Both the position numbers and the translations under genes were made by a program. Shown here one piece after another: positions 32,850 through 42,469 of a stretch of 59,385 bases of DNA. Numbering within the stretch: position 1 is the stretch's first letter; the number at the start of each line of letters is the position of its first letter. Below the pieces are notes generated by a model. The model did not search any database. It was given only the letters and a program-made list of their open reading frames with translations, and was not told the origin of the DNA. This DNA is from a virus (Duplodnaviria; Caudoviricetes), in IMG/VR virus record IMGVR_UViG_3300029309_000033, positions 1 to 59,385 of that record; one strand, written 5' to 3'.

Positions 32850-33198
32850 CTGTATTACCTTTCTCGTATAAGTTAATTGCTATAGGATAATAAGTTCTTT
32901 CTTGTTTATCCCACTTTAGTAAATTATATTTACCATTTGTTATGTCAGAAACTATAGAACATGCAACACCAATTATCGCAGGATCACCTGTAAGAAGAAG
33001 ATAATCATTTTCGGTATAATTTTTTAACAAAGATCTTAGTTTAAAAATTAATGGCCCTGGAGAAAAAATTATTTGAGAAGACTCAGGTAGTAAAAATTTA
33101 AACTGACCATATTTAGCTGCACCCATAATATTTATTCTAGGGTTGCCTTCTCTGGTTCCTGGTACTTCCTGTATTATGTATACTATACTTTCTTTCAT
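32842..33198 (-). CDS. Hypothetical protein, probably leaderless
   Basis: DYLLLTGDP...LKWDKQ; ATG adjacent to the predicted TSS. Confidence 0.75.
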   Translation of the reverse strand: MKESIVYIIQEVPGTREGNPRINIMGAAKYGQFKFLLPESSQIIFSPGPLIFKLRSLLKNYTENDYLLLTGDPAIIGVACSIVSDITNGKYNLLKWDKQERTYYPIAINLYEKGNTDE

Positions 33199-33201
33199 GT
33201 G

Positions 33202-33234
33202 TTGACATATAATTCATCATAGATTATATGTCAA
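33202..33234. promoter_or_regulatory. Bidirectional promoter formed by an inverted repeat
   Basis: TTGACATATAAT-9-ATTATATGTCAA gives TTGACA-17-TATATG on both strands. Confidence 0.7.
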
Positions 33235-33253
33235 GTCATACAGGAGAAAAATT

Positions 33254-34684
33254 ATGAATTATAAATTTAAAACACCGCCATATAAACATCAACTTAGGGC
33301 ATTAGAAATGTCATGGGATAAGAAATGTTTTGCTTATTTTATGGAGATGGGTACAGGTAAATCAAAGGTATTAATAGATAATACTGCCATGCTTTATGAC
33401 AAAGGTAAGATAAATGGTGTCTTAATTGTGGCACCAAAAGGTGTGTACAAAAACTGGTATAGCTCTGAAATACCCACACATCTACCAGATCATATAGAAA
33501 AAAATATGGTGCTGTGGCAAGCTAATATTACAAAACAACAACAAAAATATTTAGATACTTTATTTAAAACAGATACAGATTTACATATATTAATTATGAA
33601 TGTTGAGTCTTTATCAACCAAAAAAGGTGTGGACTTTGCAGCTAGATTTTTAAACTCACACAGAACTATGATGGCTATAGATGAGTCTACAACCATAAAA
33701 AATCCGACAGCTAAAAGAACTAAAAACATAGTAGCATTAGGAAAATATGCACAATACAAAAGAATATTAACAGGCTCACCAGTCACTAAATCACCCTTAG
33801 ATTTGTACAAACAATGTGAGTTTCTAGATCCATGGTTACTAGATCATCAATCTTTTTACTCGTTTAGAACTAGATACGCAGTCATGAGAAAAATAAATTT
33901 TGGTGGTAGGTCTGTTGAGATACCTGTCGGCTATAAAAATTTAGGTGAACTATCTGATAAATTAAAACCCTTTTCTGACCGAGTATTAAAAGACGATTGT
34001 TTAGATTTACCTAAAAAAACTTTTATGAAACGTATTGTTCAACTCACACCAGATCAGTTTAAAGTGTACGAACAAATGAAAAAAGAGGCACTCGCTATCA
34101 TGAATGGCAAGATGACGACAACCGCAAATGCATTAACACAGTTGATGCGATTACAACAAATTACATGTGGTCATTTTAAAGCTGATGATGGCACTACACA
34201 AGATATTAAAAGTAATCGTTTAGATGAATTGATAAATGTTCTTAATGAAATAGAGGGTAAGGTTGTAATATGGGCGCATTGGCAAAGCGATGTCAGACAA
34301 ATTATAAAAGCAGTTGTTAAAAATTTTGGAGAAAATTGTTTTGTAGATTATTATGGTTTAACACCACAAGAGGACAGACAACAAAATATAAAAAGATTTC
34401 AAGAAGATGATACATGTAGATTTTTCATAGGCACACCGCAAACTGGTGGTTACGGTATTACACTTACGGCAGCTAGTAACATGATCTATTACTCTAACGG
34501 CTATGATCTTGAGAAACGACAACAATCAGAGGCTAGGATAGATCGTATAGGTCAAGAGAAACCCATGACATACATTGATCTTATTTGTGAAGATACAGTT
34601 GATGAAAGAATTGTAAAAGCTTTGCGTAAGAAAGTTAATATCGCAAGTCAAGTTATGGGTGAAGAATTAAAAGCTTGGATCTAA
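33254..34684 (+). CDS. SNF2-like superfamily 2 helicase
   Basis: EMGTGKS, IDES, LTGSP, GGYGITLT, QSEARIDRIGQ. Confidence 0.9.
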   Translation: MNYKFKTPPYKHQLRALEMSWDKKCFAYFMEMGTGKSKVLIDNTAMLYDKGKINGVLIVAPKGVYKNWYSSEIPTHLPDHIEKNMVLWQANITKQQQKYLDTLFKTDTDLHILIMNVESLSTKKGVDFAARFLNSHRTMMAIDESTTIKNPTAKRTKNIVALGKYAQYKRILTGSPVTKSPLDLYKQCEFLDPWLLDHQSFYSFRTRYAVMRKINFGGRSVEIPVGYKNLGELSDKLKPFSDRVLKDDCLDLPKKTFMKRIVQLTPDQFKVYEQMKKEALAIMNGKMTTTANALTQLMRLQQITCGHFKADDGTTQDIKSNRLDELINVLNEIEGKVVIWAHWQSDVRQIIKAVVKNFGENCFVDYYGLTPQEDRQQNIKRFQEDDTCRFFIGTPQTGGYGITLTAASNMIYYSNGYDLEKRQQSEARIDRIGQEKPMTYIDLICEDTVDERIVKALRKKVNIASQVMGEELKAWI

Positions 34685-34875
34685 AGTTTCTGTAATAACA
34701 CCACAATTACACCACCCATACCAGACATGACAGCCCCCATGGACACAAGCAGTATTCTTTCTATTCTAGTTATCTGCCCCTGTAGCTGTTGCATGCGATC
34801 GTAGGTCTGCTTTTGCATTATTCTGCAAAGCTTTTCGTGTGATTCTATTCTTTGTAGTGCGTTATCTCTTGGCAT
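34681..34875 (-). CDS. Small coiled-coil protein with C-terminal TM helix
   Basis: MPRDNALQRIESHEKLC...ILLVSMGAVMSGMGGVIVVLL. Confidence 0.65.
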   Translation of the reverse strand: MPRDNALQRIESHEKLCRIMQKQTYDRMQQLQGQITRIERILLVSMGAVMSGMGGVIVVLLQKL

Positions 34876-37210
34876 TGAACAATCCTTTAATAAAAAATTG
34901 AACTGTTCTGTAAACAAAAGTCCATGCAGTCTTTAATGTTCTTCTTTTGCCTGTACCAAATGCAACATAATCTTTAAATTCTTGGTAGTGGTTTTTAGCT
35001 TTACCTTCATCAATTGCTTTTTGACCATAGTATCTGTATCCTCTTCTTACAGCTTCACCCCACCATGTTCTATGTAAGTTTTTAACACACCAACGGACAG
35101 CTTCTCTTTTTGTATCTTTTGTAAAGGCACCAGAGTTAACAGCATGAGTTGCGATTACACAGCCACCTTTATCATCACCGCCTTTATCATCACCGCCACC
35201 AGTATCTCTAAACGCTTGAAACTGTGCGGTTGTTACACCTTGTGAAGTTTTTGCAGGTGTACCACCAAACTCTCCTTCACCACCTTGATCAACAAATCCT
35301 TGTCCTGGATCAAAACTAGGTGCAGGGTCATCATCTCTAAGTTGTCCACCAAAACCTAAAACAGTATCTCCTGGTGATGGATCTAAAGTGCCCTCTCCTA
35401 TTTCTTCTAGATCATCTAAGTATTCTTGTCCATCGGTTCTTGATTGAATTAAATCAATAGCACTATCAGGATTCTCATCCAAAAGTTCATTAAATTTATT
35501 CATGGGTAAATCTGCTAAATTTATAGCTGTATCTATTTCATTTATATTTACTAACTCACCGTCTTTTACAAGTTTGTTAACTTGTATTCTTTCAGCTTCT
35601 GCTTTTTTTATAGCTTCTTTAACTTTTTGAACATTAACTATATCTGGTGCAGTAGTATCCATTTCACCTAACTCAACAGCTCCTTGATCTACTCCGCCAC
35701 CAACTCTATCTATAAATCTATCTTCGTCTTCACCTTCGACACCTATATCATCAATTAAATTTAATCTATCTTGTGCTGCCAGTGTCTCTGCAATACTAGC
35801 GTCACCCGTTGGATCAGCATCTATGTCTCCTGTAACTAAACTTGTTGCACCACGAAGAGCTAGTTGTTCTGCTTTTTTTCCTGCAGCTAAATCTGCTAAT
35901 TTTTGTATGTTGTTAGTTGTTTTACCTAATGCCTCACTATAACCTTTTACGTTCATTGATGGCGTAATATCGCCTGCTTCTATCTGATCTAACTCTTCCT
36001 TTGTGAAACCATATTTTTCTGAAAGTGTTTCTCTAACATTAGCTATTCTAGTGTTATATGCTTCTTCTAATCCAAATTTTGTAGGCTCTCCTACTCTGCC
36101 ACCTGTTATTGTGTTTAAAAAACCACCTGATACAGGATTATAACCTTTCATTAATCCTGAAGCGATAGTGCCAGCACTGGTTCTGTCTGGGTATAGTTCG
36201 TCTAATGCTGTTTGTCTTGGGTCTTGTGGTGGTACGATTTCTTTTAAAGCGTCTATTAATAAGGTAACTGGTTTACCTATCGCTGTATTGATAGCTGCTT
36301 TTACAGCTGCCTCTTGAGCGTTAAAACCTGTTATACCTAATTTTGCTAAAAGGCCATCAGGATCAGATGCATCTTCTGCTGTTATAATATCTAATTTTTC
36401 TCTTGGATCAGCTAAGGTTCCTGCAACATCAGTAAAGTCTCCAGCTGCAAATACATCCCCAGTAGGAGGAGTGGCGGTAAATCTACCTGGATCTTCACCC
36501 TCAACACCTATGTCTCCTTTTATTCCTAGCTCATCCTGTAAAGAAGTTTGTCTTGGAAGAATTACACTATCTCTTGTTTGTGGTAACATGCCTGTTGGAT
36601 CAATTGGTTGGCTTGAAGGTGAAACAGGTGTTACAGGTATTCTATTCTCTGCATCTAATTGTGCCTGTGTAACAGGTATTTCACCTGGTGCAAACACAGG
36701 GCCTGTTTCTCCTATTCTAAGTCCTATACCTTGATCTACTAATTGTTGATTTCTAAAATCTGTGTTCACAGGTCTTAAATTAAATTCATCTAGCTCATCT
36801 TGTGTACGAGGTATCTCACCTAGTGCTACAACAGGATCACCTGAACCTATCTGTACACCGATACCTGCATCTATTAATCTTTGGTCTTCTGCTGTGTTTC
36901 TAGGTGTTACAAGAGTGTTTATGCCTCCTGGCACAGTCACTTGAGACCCGCTGCCTGAGTCTGGTGTTTTAGTAGCAGGTGGTGTTGCTGCTTGTGTATC
37001 TACTAAAGGTAAACCATAAGCAAACAACTCATTTAAGTCTGATAGATAATCAAAACTTGTAGGGTCATACGATATACCCGGAAAGTCTGCAATTGATGCA
37101 AGTAGCCTTGGATTAGTATCTGTTTGTGTTCTTAAACCAGATACGTCTATGCTTTCATCTAGTAAACTAGGATCTGTTACTATTAGTGATCTTAAAGTTT
37201 CGTTGGACAT
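34862..37210 (-). CDS. Large acidic putative internal virion protein
   Basis: 782 aa, internal repeats, GGDDK linker then a CVIATH-initiated C-terminal domain. Confidence 0.65.
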   Translation of the reverse strand: MSNETLRSLIVTDPSLLDESIDVSGLRTQTDTNPRLLASIADFPGISYDPTSFDYLSDLNELFAYGLPLVDTQAATPPATKTPDSGSGSQVTVPGGINTLVTPRNTAEDQRLIDAGIGVQIGSGDPVVALGEIPRTQDELDEFNLRPVNTDFRNQQLVDQGIGLRIGETGPVFAPGEIPVTQAQLDAENRIPVTPVSPSSQPIDPTGMLPQTRDSVILPRQTSLQDELGIKGDIGVEGEDPGRFTATPPTGDVFAAGDFTDVAGTLADPREKLDIITAEDASDPDGLLAKLGITGFNAQEAAVKAAINTAIGKPVTLLIDALKEIVPPQDPRQTALDELYPDRTSAGTIASGLMKGYNPVSGGFLNTITGGRVGEPTKFGLEEAYNTRIANVRETLSEKYGFTKEELDQIEAGDITPSMNVKGYSEALGKTTNNIQKLADLAAGKKAEQLALRGATSLVTGDIDADPTGDASIAETLAAQDRLNLIDDIGVEGEDEDRFIDRVGGGVDQGAVELGEMDTTAPDIVNVQKVKEAIKKAEAERIQVNKLVKDGELVNINEIDTAINLADLPMNKFNELLDENPDSAIDLIQSRTDGQEYLDDLEEIGEGTLDPSPGDTVLGFGGQLRDDDPAPSFDPGQGFVDQGGEGEFGGTPAKTSQGVTTAQFQAFRDTGGGDDKGGDDKGGCVIATHAVNSGAFTKDTKREAVRWCVKNLHRTWWGEAVRRGYRYYGQKAIDEGKAKNHYQEFKDYVAFGTGKRRTLKTAWTFVYRTVQFFIKGLFNAKR

Positions 37211-39645
37211 TATGCTAGTCCTCTTTGTCTAAGTCTCATAAGTTTTTCTTCATCATCAAGTATAGCATTTTCTAAAGGCGTTAAACCATTATCCATGACT
37301 CCAGCCACTGGTGCTTGAGCTAGTAGGTTGGGATTTACAACTTGTGTTTGTAGTGGTGGCACTCTTCTAATAGGTAGTTGTGACGTGTCACCTTCAATAC
37401 TTTGTGTTTCCTCTGTGTCTTCTTCTGTGTCTTCTTTAAATTTTAAAAACTCTTCTGTTGAATTTATCGTAGCATCTATTCCCCTTTTTATGTCCGATAA
37501 AGGTATTGATTCAATATTTTCTTTCATTAATATAAAATCGTTTTTTTCTTGTTTAGTTTGACTATCACTAATCATCATGTCTATTAGTTTTAATGATGTT
37601 ATTTTTATTTGATTTGCAGGAGTGTTGGGATCTAAAACTTTTATTACGTCATCAAGAATTTCTGGATTAGATAATACACTAGATGTTCTTCGTGCTAGTA
37701 AAATAATTGGGACAGCAAGTGTTGGCTCCGCACCTGTTCCAACAGTCATTATCGTTCCTCCTATTGCAGTTTTAGGTCCCCCTAAAACAAATCTTCTAGC
37801 CATAAAAGAACCAACATCTGGAATCTTTAGTCCTGCATGGTTTTTAGCTACATCAAGAAAAGCCTCTAACGCTTCTACAGTCAACGGGTTATCTTTTTTA
37901 GTTTTTGCAGACTGCAACATAATTTCTAACATTTCTCGACCACGAGATGTTGTTAAACCTAAATTTTGTTCAAGTTTATAAGGATCAAATATTAAGCCTA
38001 CTTGATCTTTTCCAGCTTTGAGCAGTGAATCACTGTAGGCTCTTTCTAATTTTGCTCCAACAAATTTTTTAAATTGTTGTTCTCCTATTAAAGATTTTAA
38101 ATTTTTAAATACTTCTGGACTCGCTTTTCTTTTTAATAATTCTTCTGCTAATTCATCCGCAGTAATAGAACCTTGTTTTAAAAATCCTGCACTAAATATA
38201 CCTTTATCCACTTTTTTAAATTCTGAAGCTGGTGGGGATTTAAAAGTTTGTTTACCTGGAATAGGGACTAGTCTTATTCCCTCTGTTTTAGCCTTATCTT
38301 TTAATGCTTTAGTTATGATAGAGTTTTCTAAACCGTTAGCATAAACTTTATCTGCAAATTTTAATTTATTAGCGATATCGGACAATAAGTTAGGATTTAA
38401 TTTTTGTCTTTTACCTTTAGCTAAAGGATAAACATTTTTAAGTAAATTTTCTTGATAAGACTTTTTGGTTAATAGTCTTAAATCCGTTTCTAAAGCAGAC
38501 TTAAATTCAGTTAAAACCCTAAGAATTCCAGGGTTATTTTGTTGAGCTTGTCCCATATAAAGTTTTAAGTCGTCTATTAAAGATTTATGTTGAGCAGCAC
38601 TTATATAGTCTGGATAATTTTTAAATTTTTTTGCAAAATTATATAATTTATCTCCAGCTTTTAAACTCTTTACTTTTTCTCCTGTTTTTAATGTAATTAC
38701 TCCATCATCAACTAATTTTGTAAAATTTCCTAAAGAGTTTTTAAAATTTTGAGTAGATATAATAGGAGTTTTTCTACCTACTTTATCTACAGCATTATAA
38801 AAATCATCATAAAAAAAACTACTTACAATTCTAAAATCATCGAAGGTAGATCTAGATGCTTTTGTCATGTCTACACCTAATTTAAAAAGAGTTACATTTG
38901 GTGCAAACGTGTTTAATGTTTTATTTGCTTTTTCATTTAACAAAGTTGCTTTTTTTGCGGCAGCTCTTTTTATTGGACCTCCTACAAACGGAAACACACC
39001 TATAACTTGGCCATATCCCTTTGCAAATATGTTACCCGTATCACTTAAACTTAAAGGATAACCAAATTTTTTAGCAGAGGCGTATAGAGATTTATCGCCT
39101 TTACCAAAAACAAGTCTTCTAGCTCCTGTAATTAACCCAGGTATTTTTGAAAAAAAACTTTGTAATAAAAGTTCTCTTTGAAAATCTTTTGTAGCTCTTT
39201 CCATTTGTGTTCCAAAACCAGTTGTCTCACCCGTTAAAAACCCTTGCACTATGTCGTACAATTGACCCATAGCCATGGAACCTGCTGTTCCAGCAGCAAC
39301 AGTCCCTGCAGGACCAAGAGGTGTTCCAGGAAGTGCTCCAAATATTGCACCTGCTGCTTCAAAAGTAGGTCTATCAAGAAATAGTTTTTCTAAACCCTGT
39401 AACTCCCCAAGTTTTTTTAAGTTAGGGTCTATCATTCCAGGAGTTATTTCTTGAGTTATTTTTTCTGTTTTTTCTAAGTCTTTTTTACTTTGCTCTTCAA
39501 TTTCTACCTTCTCCACACTAGGTGATATATCAGTGGTTTCTGTTGATGCACCTAAAGCCTCTATAATAGCTTTTTCTTCTTCTGGTGTAGGAGTATCTCC
39601 TTGAATTTCTATTTCACCTAAACCTTCTATAATAACTGTACCCAT
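37210..39645 (-). CDS. Putative internal virion/ejection protein
   Basis: 811 aa with a Gly/Ala-rich hydrophobic hairpin; position after the tail genes. Confidence 0.6.
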   Translation of the reverse strand: MGTVIIEGLGEIEIQGDTPTPEEEKAIIEALGASTETTDISPSVEKVEIEEQSKKDLEKTEKITQEITPGMIDPNLKKLGELQGLEKLFLDRPTFEAAGAIFGALPGTPLGPAGTVAAGTAGSMAMGQLYDIVQGFLTGETTGFGTQMERATKDFQRELLLQSFFSKIPGLITGARRLVFGKGDKSLYASAKKFGYPLSLSDTGNIFAKGYGQVIGVFPFVGGPIKRAAAKKATLLNEKANKTLNTFAPNVTLFKLGVDMTKASRSTFDDFRIVSSFFYDDFYNAVDKVGRKTPIISTQNFKNSLGNFTKLVDDGVITLKTGEKVKSLKAGDKLYNFAKKFKNYPDYISAAQHKSLIDDLKLYMGQAQQNNPGILRVLTEFKSALETDLRLLTKKSYQENLLKNVYPLAKGKRQKLNPNLLSDIANKLKFADKVYANGLENSIITKALKDKAKTEGIRLVPIPGKQTFKSPPASEFKKVDKGIFSAGFLKQGSITADELAEELLKRKASPEVFKNLKSLIGEQQFKKFVGAKLERAYSDSLLKAGKDQVGLIFDPYKLEQNLGLTTSRGREMLEIMLQSAKTKKDNPLTVEALEAFLDVAKNHAGLKIPDVGSFMARRFVLGGPKTAIGGTIMTVGTGAEPTLAVPIILLARRTSSVLSNPEILDDVIKVLDPNTPANQIKITSLKLIDMMISDSQTKQEKNDFILMKENIESIPLSDIKRGIDATINSTEEFLKFKEDTEEDTEETQSIEGDTSQLPIRRVPPLQTQVVNPNLLAQAPVAGVMDNGLTPLENAILDDEEKLMRLRQRGLA

Positions 39646-39647
39646 AA

Positions 39648-40829
39648 TTATTGCTCCACAAGTCTAGGTTTACCGTCAACAACTTCTATTTTAAATTTTT
39701 TTATTATATTTTGATCTATAATTTGTTTTCCTAGTAAAGCATTTTGATCATTTATATAAGTTTTAAATTGTTCTTTAATTTCTGAAAGCCTTGCTCTTAC
39801 TTCATCAGAACCAGTTATACCAGTAAGTCCGATAGCTGCTTTTGCCTCTTGCAACATTAAGTTTGTTATTCTTGTATTTGGGTTTAATACTCTAGCATAC
39901 GCAGGGACTAGTAAATCCTCTATGGCATTTAATTTTGCAATATCTGTATCAAGTACTAAACCTTCAGCACCAAGTGCTTTAATAGGACCTGTTAAATCAA
40001 AATTAAAATCTTTAGCTGCTGTTATTACTTGATTTGCAGTTCTTCTAGCAAAACCTGCGAGACCCGCTAAAGTTGGATCGTCTGTAAGTAATTTATCAAT
40101 ATTATCAAGATTACCTAGTTGTCTGGCAACAAAACTAGTTTCTTGAATTATTTTATCTCTTTCAGAACCTGATTGAACAACACCTCTTTGTTGACCTTCA
40201 AATTTTTCTAAATTCATATTTATGTTCGTAGACGCACCTCCAATTGTAAAGATTTTTTGATAATTATCTGAAGTTGGATCTAAATTCACCTGATATGCTT
40301 TGTCTTTATCTAAACCCGGTATCTTACTAATTTCTTCTTGAGTTAATGTTCTAAACCCTGCCTTTGGTGCTACATCTTTAAAGATTAAAGTCTTCATGGC
40401 TGCCTCGTACTCTGGAGATCCTTTAATAAAACCAGCTGCCTCTAATTTTTTTTCTAAATCTGTTCTTGTGTCTTTAGATTTTTTTAACTGTGAACTCAAA
40501 GCTGTAGACACAGCCGCTCCTGCTCTCTTGGCTCTAGCAGCTTGTGTTGCATCATCTGCTTTTACAAATTTGCTGTACCCTGCTCCTAAGGCATCTATTG
40601 GATCTGCACCTGATGCAAGAAGAAAACCAACCTCACCTAAAGGTAGTCTTGTTTTAGGAATGGGTGCGAATCTATCTAAGACTCCTGTTATAGCTGCAGC
40701 GTCTGATCTTAATTTTTCTTCATCAATACTGCCCAATGCATACTGTTTTCTATCCACAACATTAGACATGATACCATCATTAGACTGTCCGCCTCTTTTA
40801 AACATCGGTCTTTTTAATATTCTTGACAT
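39648..40829 (-). CDS. Putative internal virion protein
   Basis: 393 aa starting MSRILKRPMFKRGG. Confidence 0.6.
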   Translation of the reverse strand: MSRILKRPMFKRGGQSNDGIMSNVVDRKQYALGSIDEEKLRSDAAAITGVLDRFAPIPKTRLPLGEVGFLLASGADPIDALGAGYSKFVKADDATQAARAKRAGAAVSTALSSQLKKSKDTRTDLEKKLEAAGFIKGSPEYEAAMKTLIFKDVAPKAGFRTLTQEEISKIPGLDKDKAYQVNLDPTSDNYQKIFTIGGASTNINMNLEKFEGQQRGVVQSGSERDKIIQETSFVARQLGNLDNIDKLLTDDPTLAGLAGFARRTANQVITAAKDFNFDLTGPIKALGAEGLVLDTDIAKLNAIEDLLVPAYARVLNPNTRITNLMLQEAKAAIGLTGITGSDEVRARLSEIKEQFKTYINDQNALLGKQIIDQNIIKKFKIEVVDGKPRLVEQ

Positions 40830-40831
40830 GA

Positions 40832-42469
40832 TTATCTTATTTTTAATACGTTTTGTGGTTTAAATATTCTGCCATATATATCAGCACCTGCTAGACCTAA
40901 ACCTAGCGCTGTCATTAACGGACTTGCACCTGATGCTTGTTCTGCTGCAGTTGGAGCTATTTGAACTGTCCCTGCTCCTGGTGTTAGTCCTGTTATACCT
41001 TGACCAAATCTAGCTAACCTGTCTCTTGGATCTTGTACTGCCATGGCTGCCGCTTGTCTTTGTGCATCTAGTATTGCTTGTTGTTGTGCTTGTTCTTGCG
41101 CACCTAATGTGCCAAGGCTAGATATCTGTGCTCTAGCAAGGTCTTGTGTTCTTGCACCTAAATTAGACTGTAATCCAGCTATACCCATTTGGTTTGCAAG
41201 ATCTTGTTGTCTTCTTTGTGCTGCACTCTCAAATCCTCTTTGTTGTAAGTCTGCTAGTAATCTAGATCTATTTAAGTCACTTGCCGCCTGAAACTCGGCT
41301 CTTTGTACACCTTCACGGCCACCACCAAACGCACCAGGTACACCTAGTGTTCTAGCTGCTAATTGGTTTTGTTGTGCTTGTCTTTGTTTGTCAAACTCTG
41401 CAAGAGTAGTATCTATAACCTGTTGTTGAAAAGGTGATGTATATTCTGCTATAGTCCCTGTGCCCGTTCCTGCCCCTGCTCCTGTTAAACCTGTTGCTGC
41501 ATCTGCAGCTGTTCCTGCTTTTGTTAAAAATGGTTGAAAAGAACCAAGACCTGTTGCTGGATCTACTGCCTGTGTTCTAGCTGCAGTTTGTAGTGTGTCT
41601 TGTGCTGCTACTTGCGGTGCAAGTTCTGCCATGCCCGCTTTTGTAATTTGAAACTGTTGTGCTTGTGCTTGTCTATTTGCAAACTGTTCTGCTGTTTCAC
41701 CAGGTTGTTGTTGAACAGCTGTTGTAATACTTGGTATGCCAGATTGTCTAGATAAATCTGTTAGAAATGTTTTTTGTGCTGCCTCTATAAACTCTGGTGG
41801 TAACACTCTTGATTCTGTAACACCTCCTGTTTGATAGCCTGCTCTACCACCTTTAGCATAAGTTGAATCTAGATATTCTTCACCATAAAATTCTATAATA
41901 TAATCTTCAATTGATCCTTCATATCCCTCTTTAACATTTGCTTCATATTCATCTCTAATACGTTTACTAAAACTAAGACTACCTTTATTAAAACCTGCTC
42001 TGCCGCCTAATGCAAATAAACTAACATTTAGCTCTTCTGCTAACATTTTTATTTGTCTTTTCTCTGAGTCTGTTTGTGCTTCTTGAAATAGTCTTGGAAT
42101 TATAGTGTTATAATAAAATTGTTTAGTCTCTTCATCTACTTTACCATCTATATCATTCATTAAAGCGTTTAAAATATTTCGATCCTCAGATATTCCTGAT
42201 ATTAAAGGTATGTCTAATTTTTCTATTCTAGTTGTTTTTACTTCGCCCTCTTTAGGCATGTCACCCATTCCTCCAAGTAAAGATCCTACTCCAGATTTAT
42301 TCGCAGCTTTTCCAATGCCACCTAATAGACCCATTAAACCTGTTTGATTAACATTTGTTTCACTTATTTCTTGCAACGCCTCCTCTAACATTTTATTTGT
42401 TACTCTACTATCTGGGTTTCTCGATTGTGCTAGTTTAAGTGCTTTAATTATGTTATCTTCTTCTGCCAT
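40832..42469 (-). CDS. Putative DNA ejection/pilot protein
   Basis: Gln/Ala-rich, SPFQQQVID...GAFGGGR, C-terminal Gly-rich hydrophobic segment. Confidence 0.65.
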   Translation of the reverse strand: MAEEDNIIKALKLAQSRNPDSRVTNKMLEEALQEISETNVNQTGLMGLLGGIGKAANKSGVGSLLGGMGDMPKEGEVKTTRIEKLDIPLISGISEDRNILNALMNDIDGKVDEETKQFYYNTIIPRLFQEAQTDSEKRQIKMLAEELNVSLFALGGRAGFNKGSLSFSKRIRDEYEANVKEGYEGSIEDYIIEFYGEEYLDSTYAKGGRAGYQTGGVTESRVLPPEFIEAAQKTFLTDLSRQSGIPSITTAVQQQPGETAEQFANRQAQAQQFQITKAGMAELAPQVAAQDTLQTAARTQAVDPATGLGSFQPFLTKAGTAADAATGLTGAGAGTGTGTIAEYTSPFQQQVIDTTLAEFDKQRQAQQNQLAARTLGVPGAFGGGREGVQRAEFQAASDLNRSRLLADLQQRGFESAAQRRQQDLANQMGIAGLQSNLGARTQDLARAQISSLGTLGAQEQAQQQAILDAQRQAAAMAVQDPRDRLARFGQGITGLTPGAGTVQIAPTAAEQASGASPLMTALGLGLAGADIYGRIFKPQNVLKIR

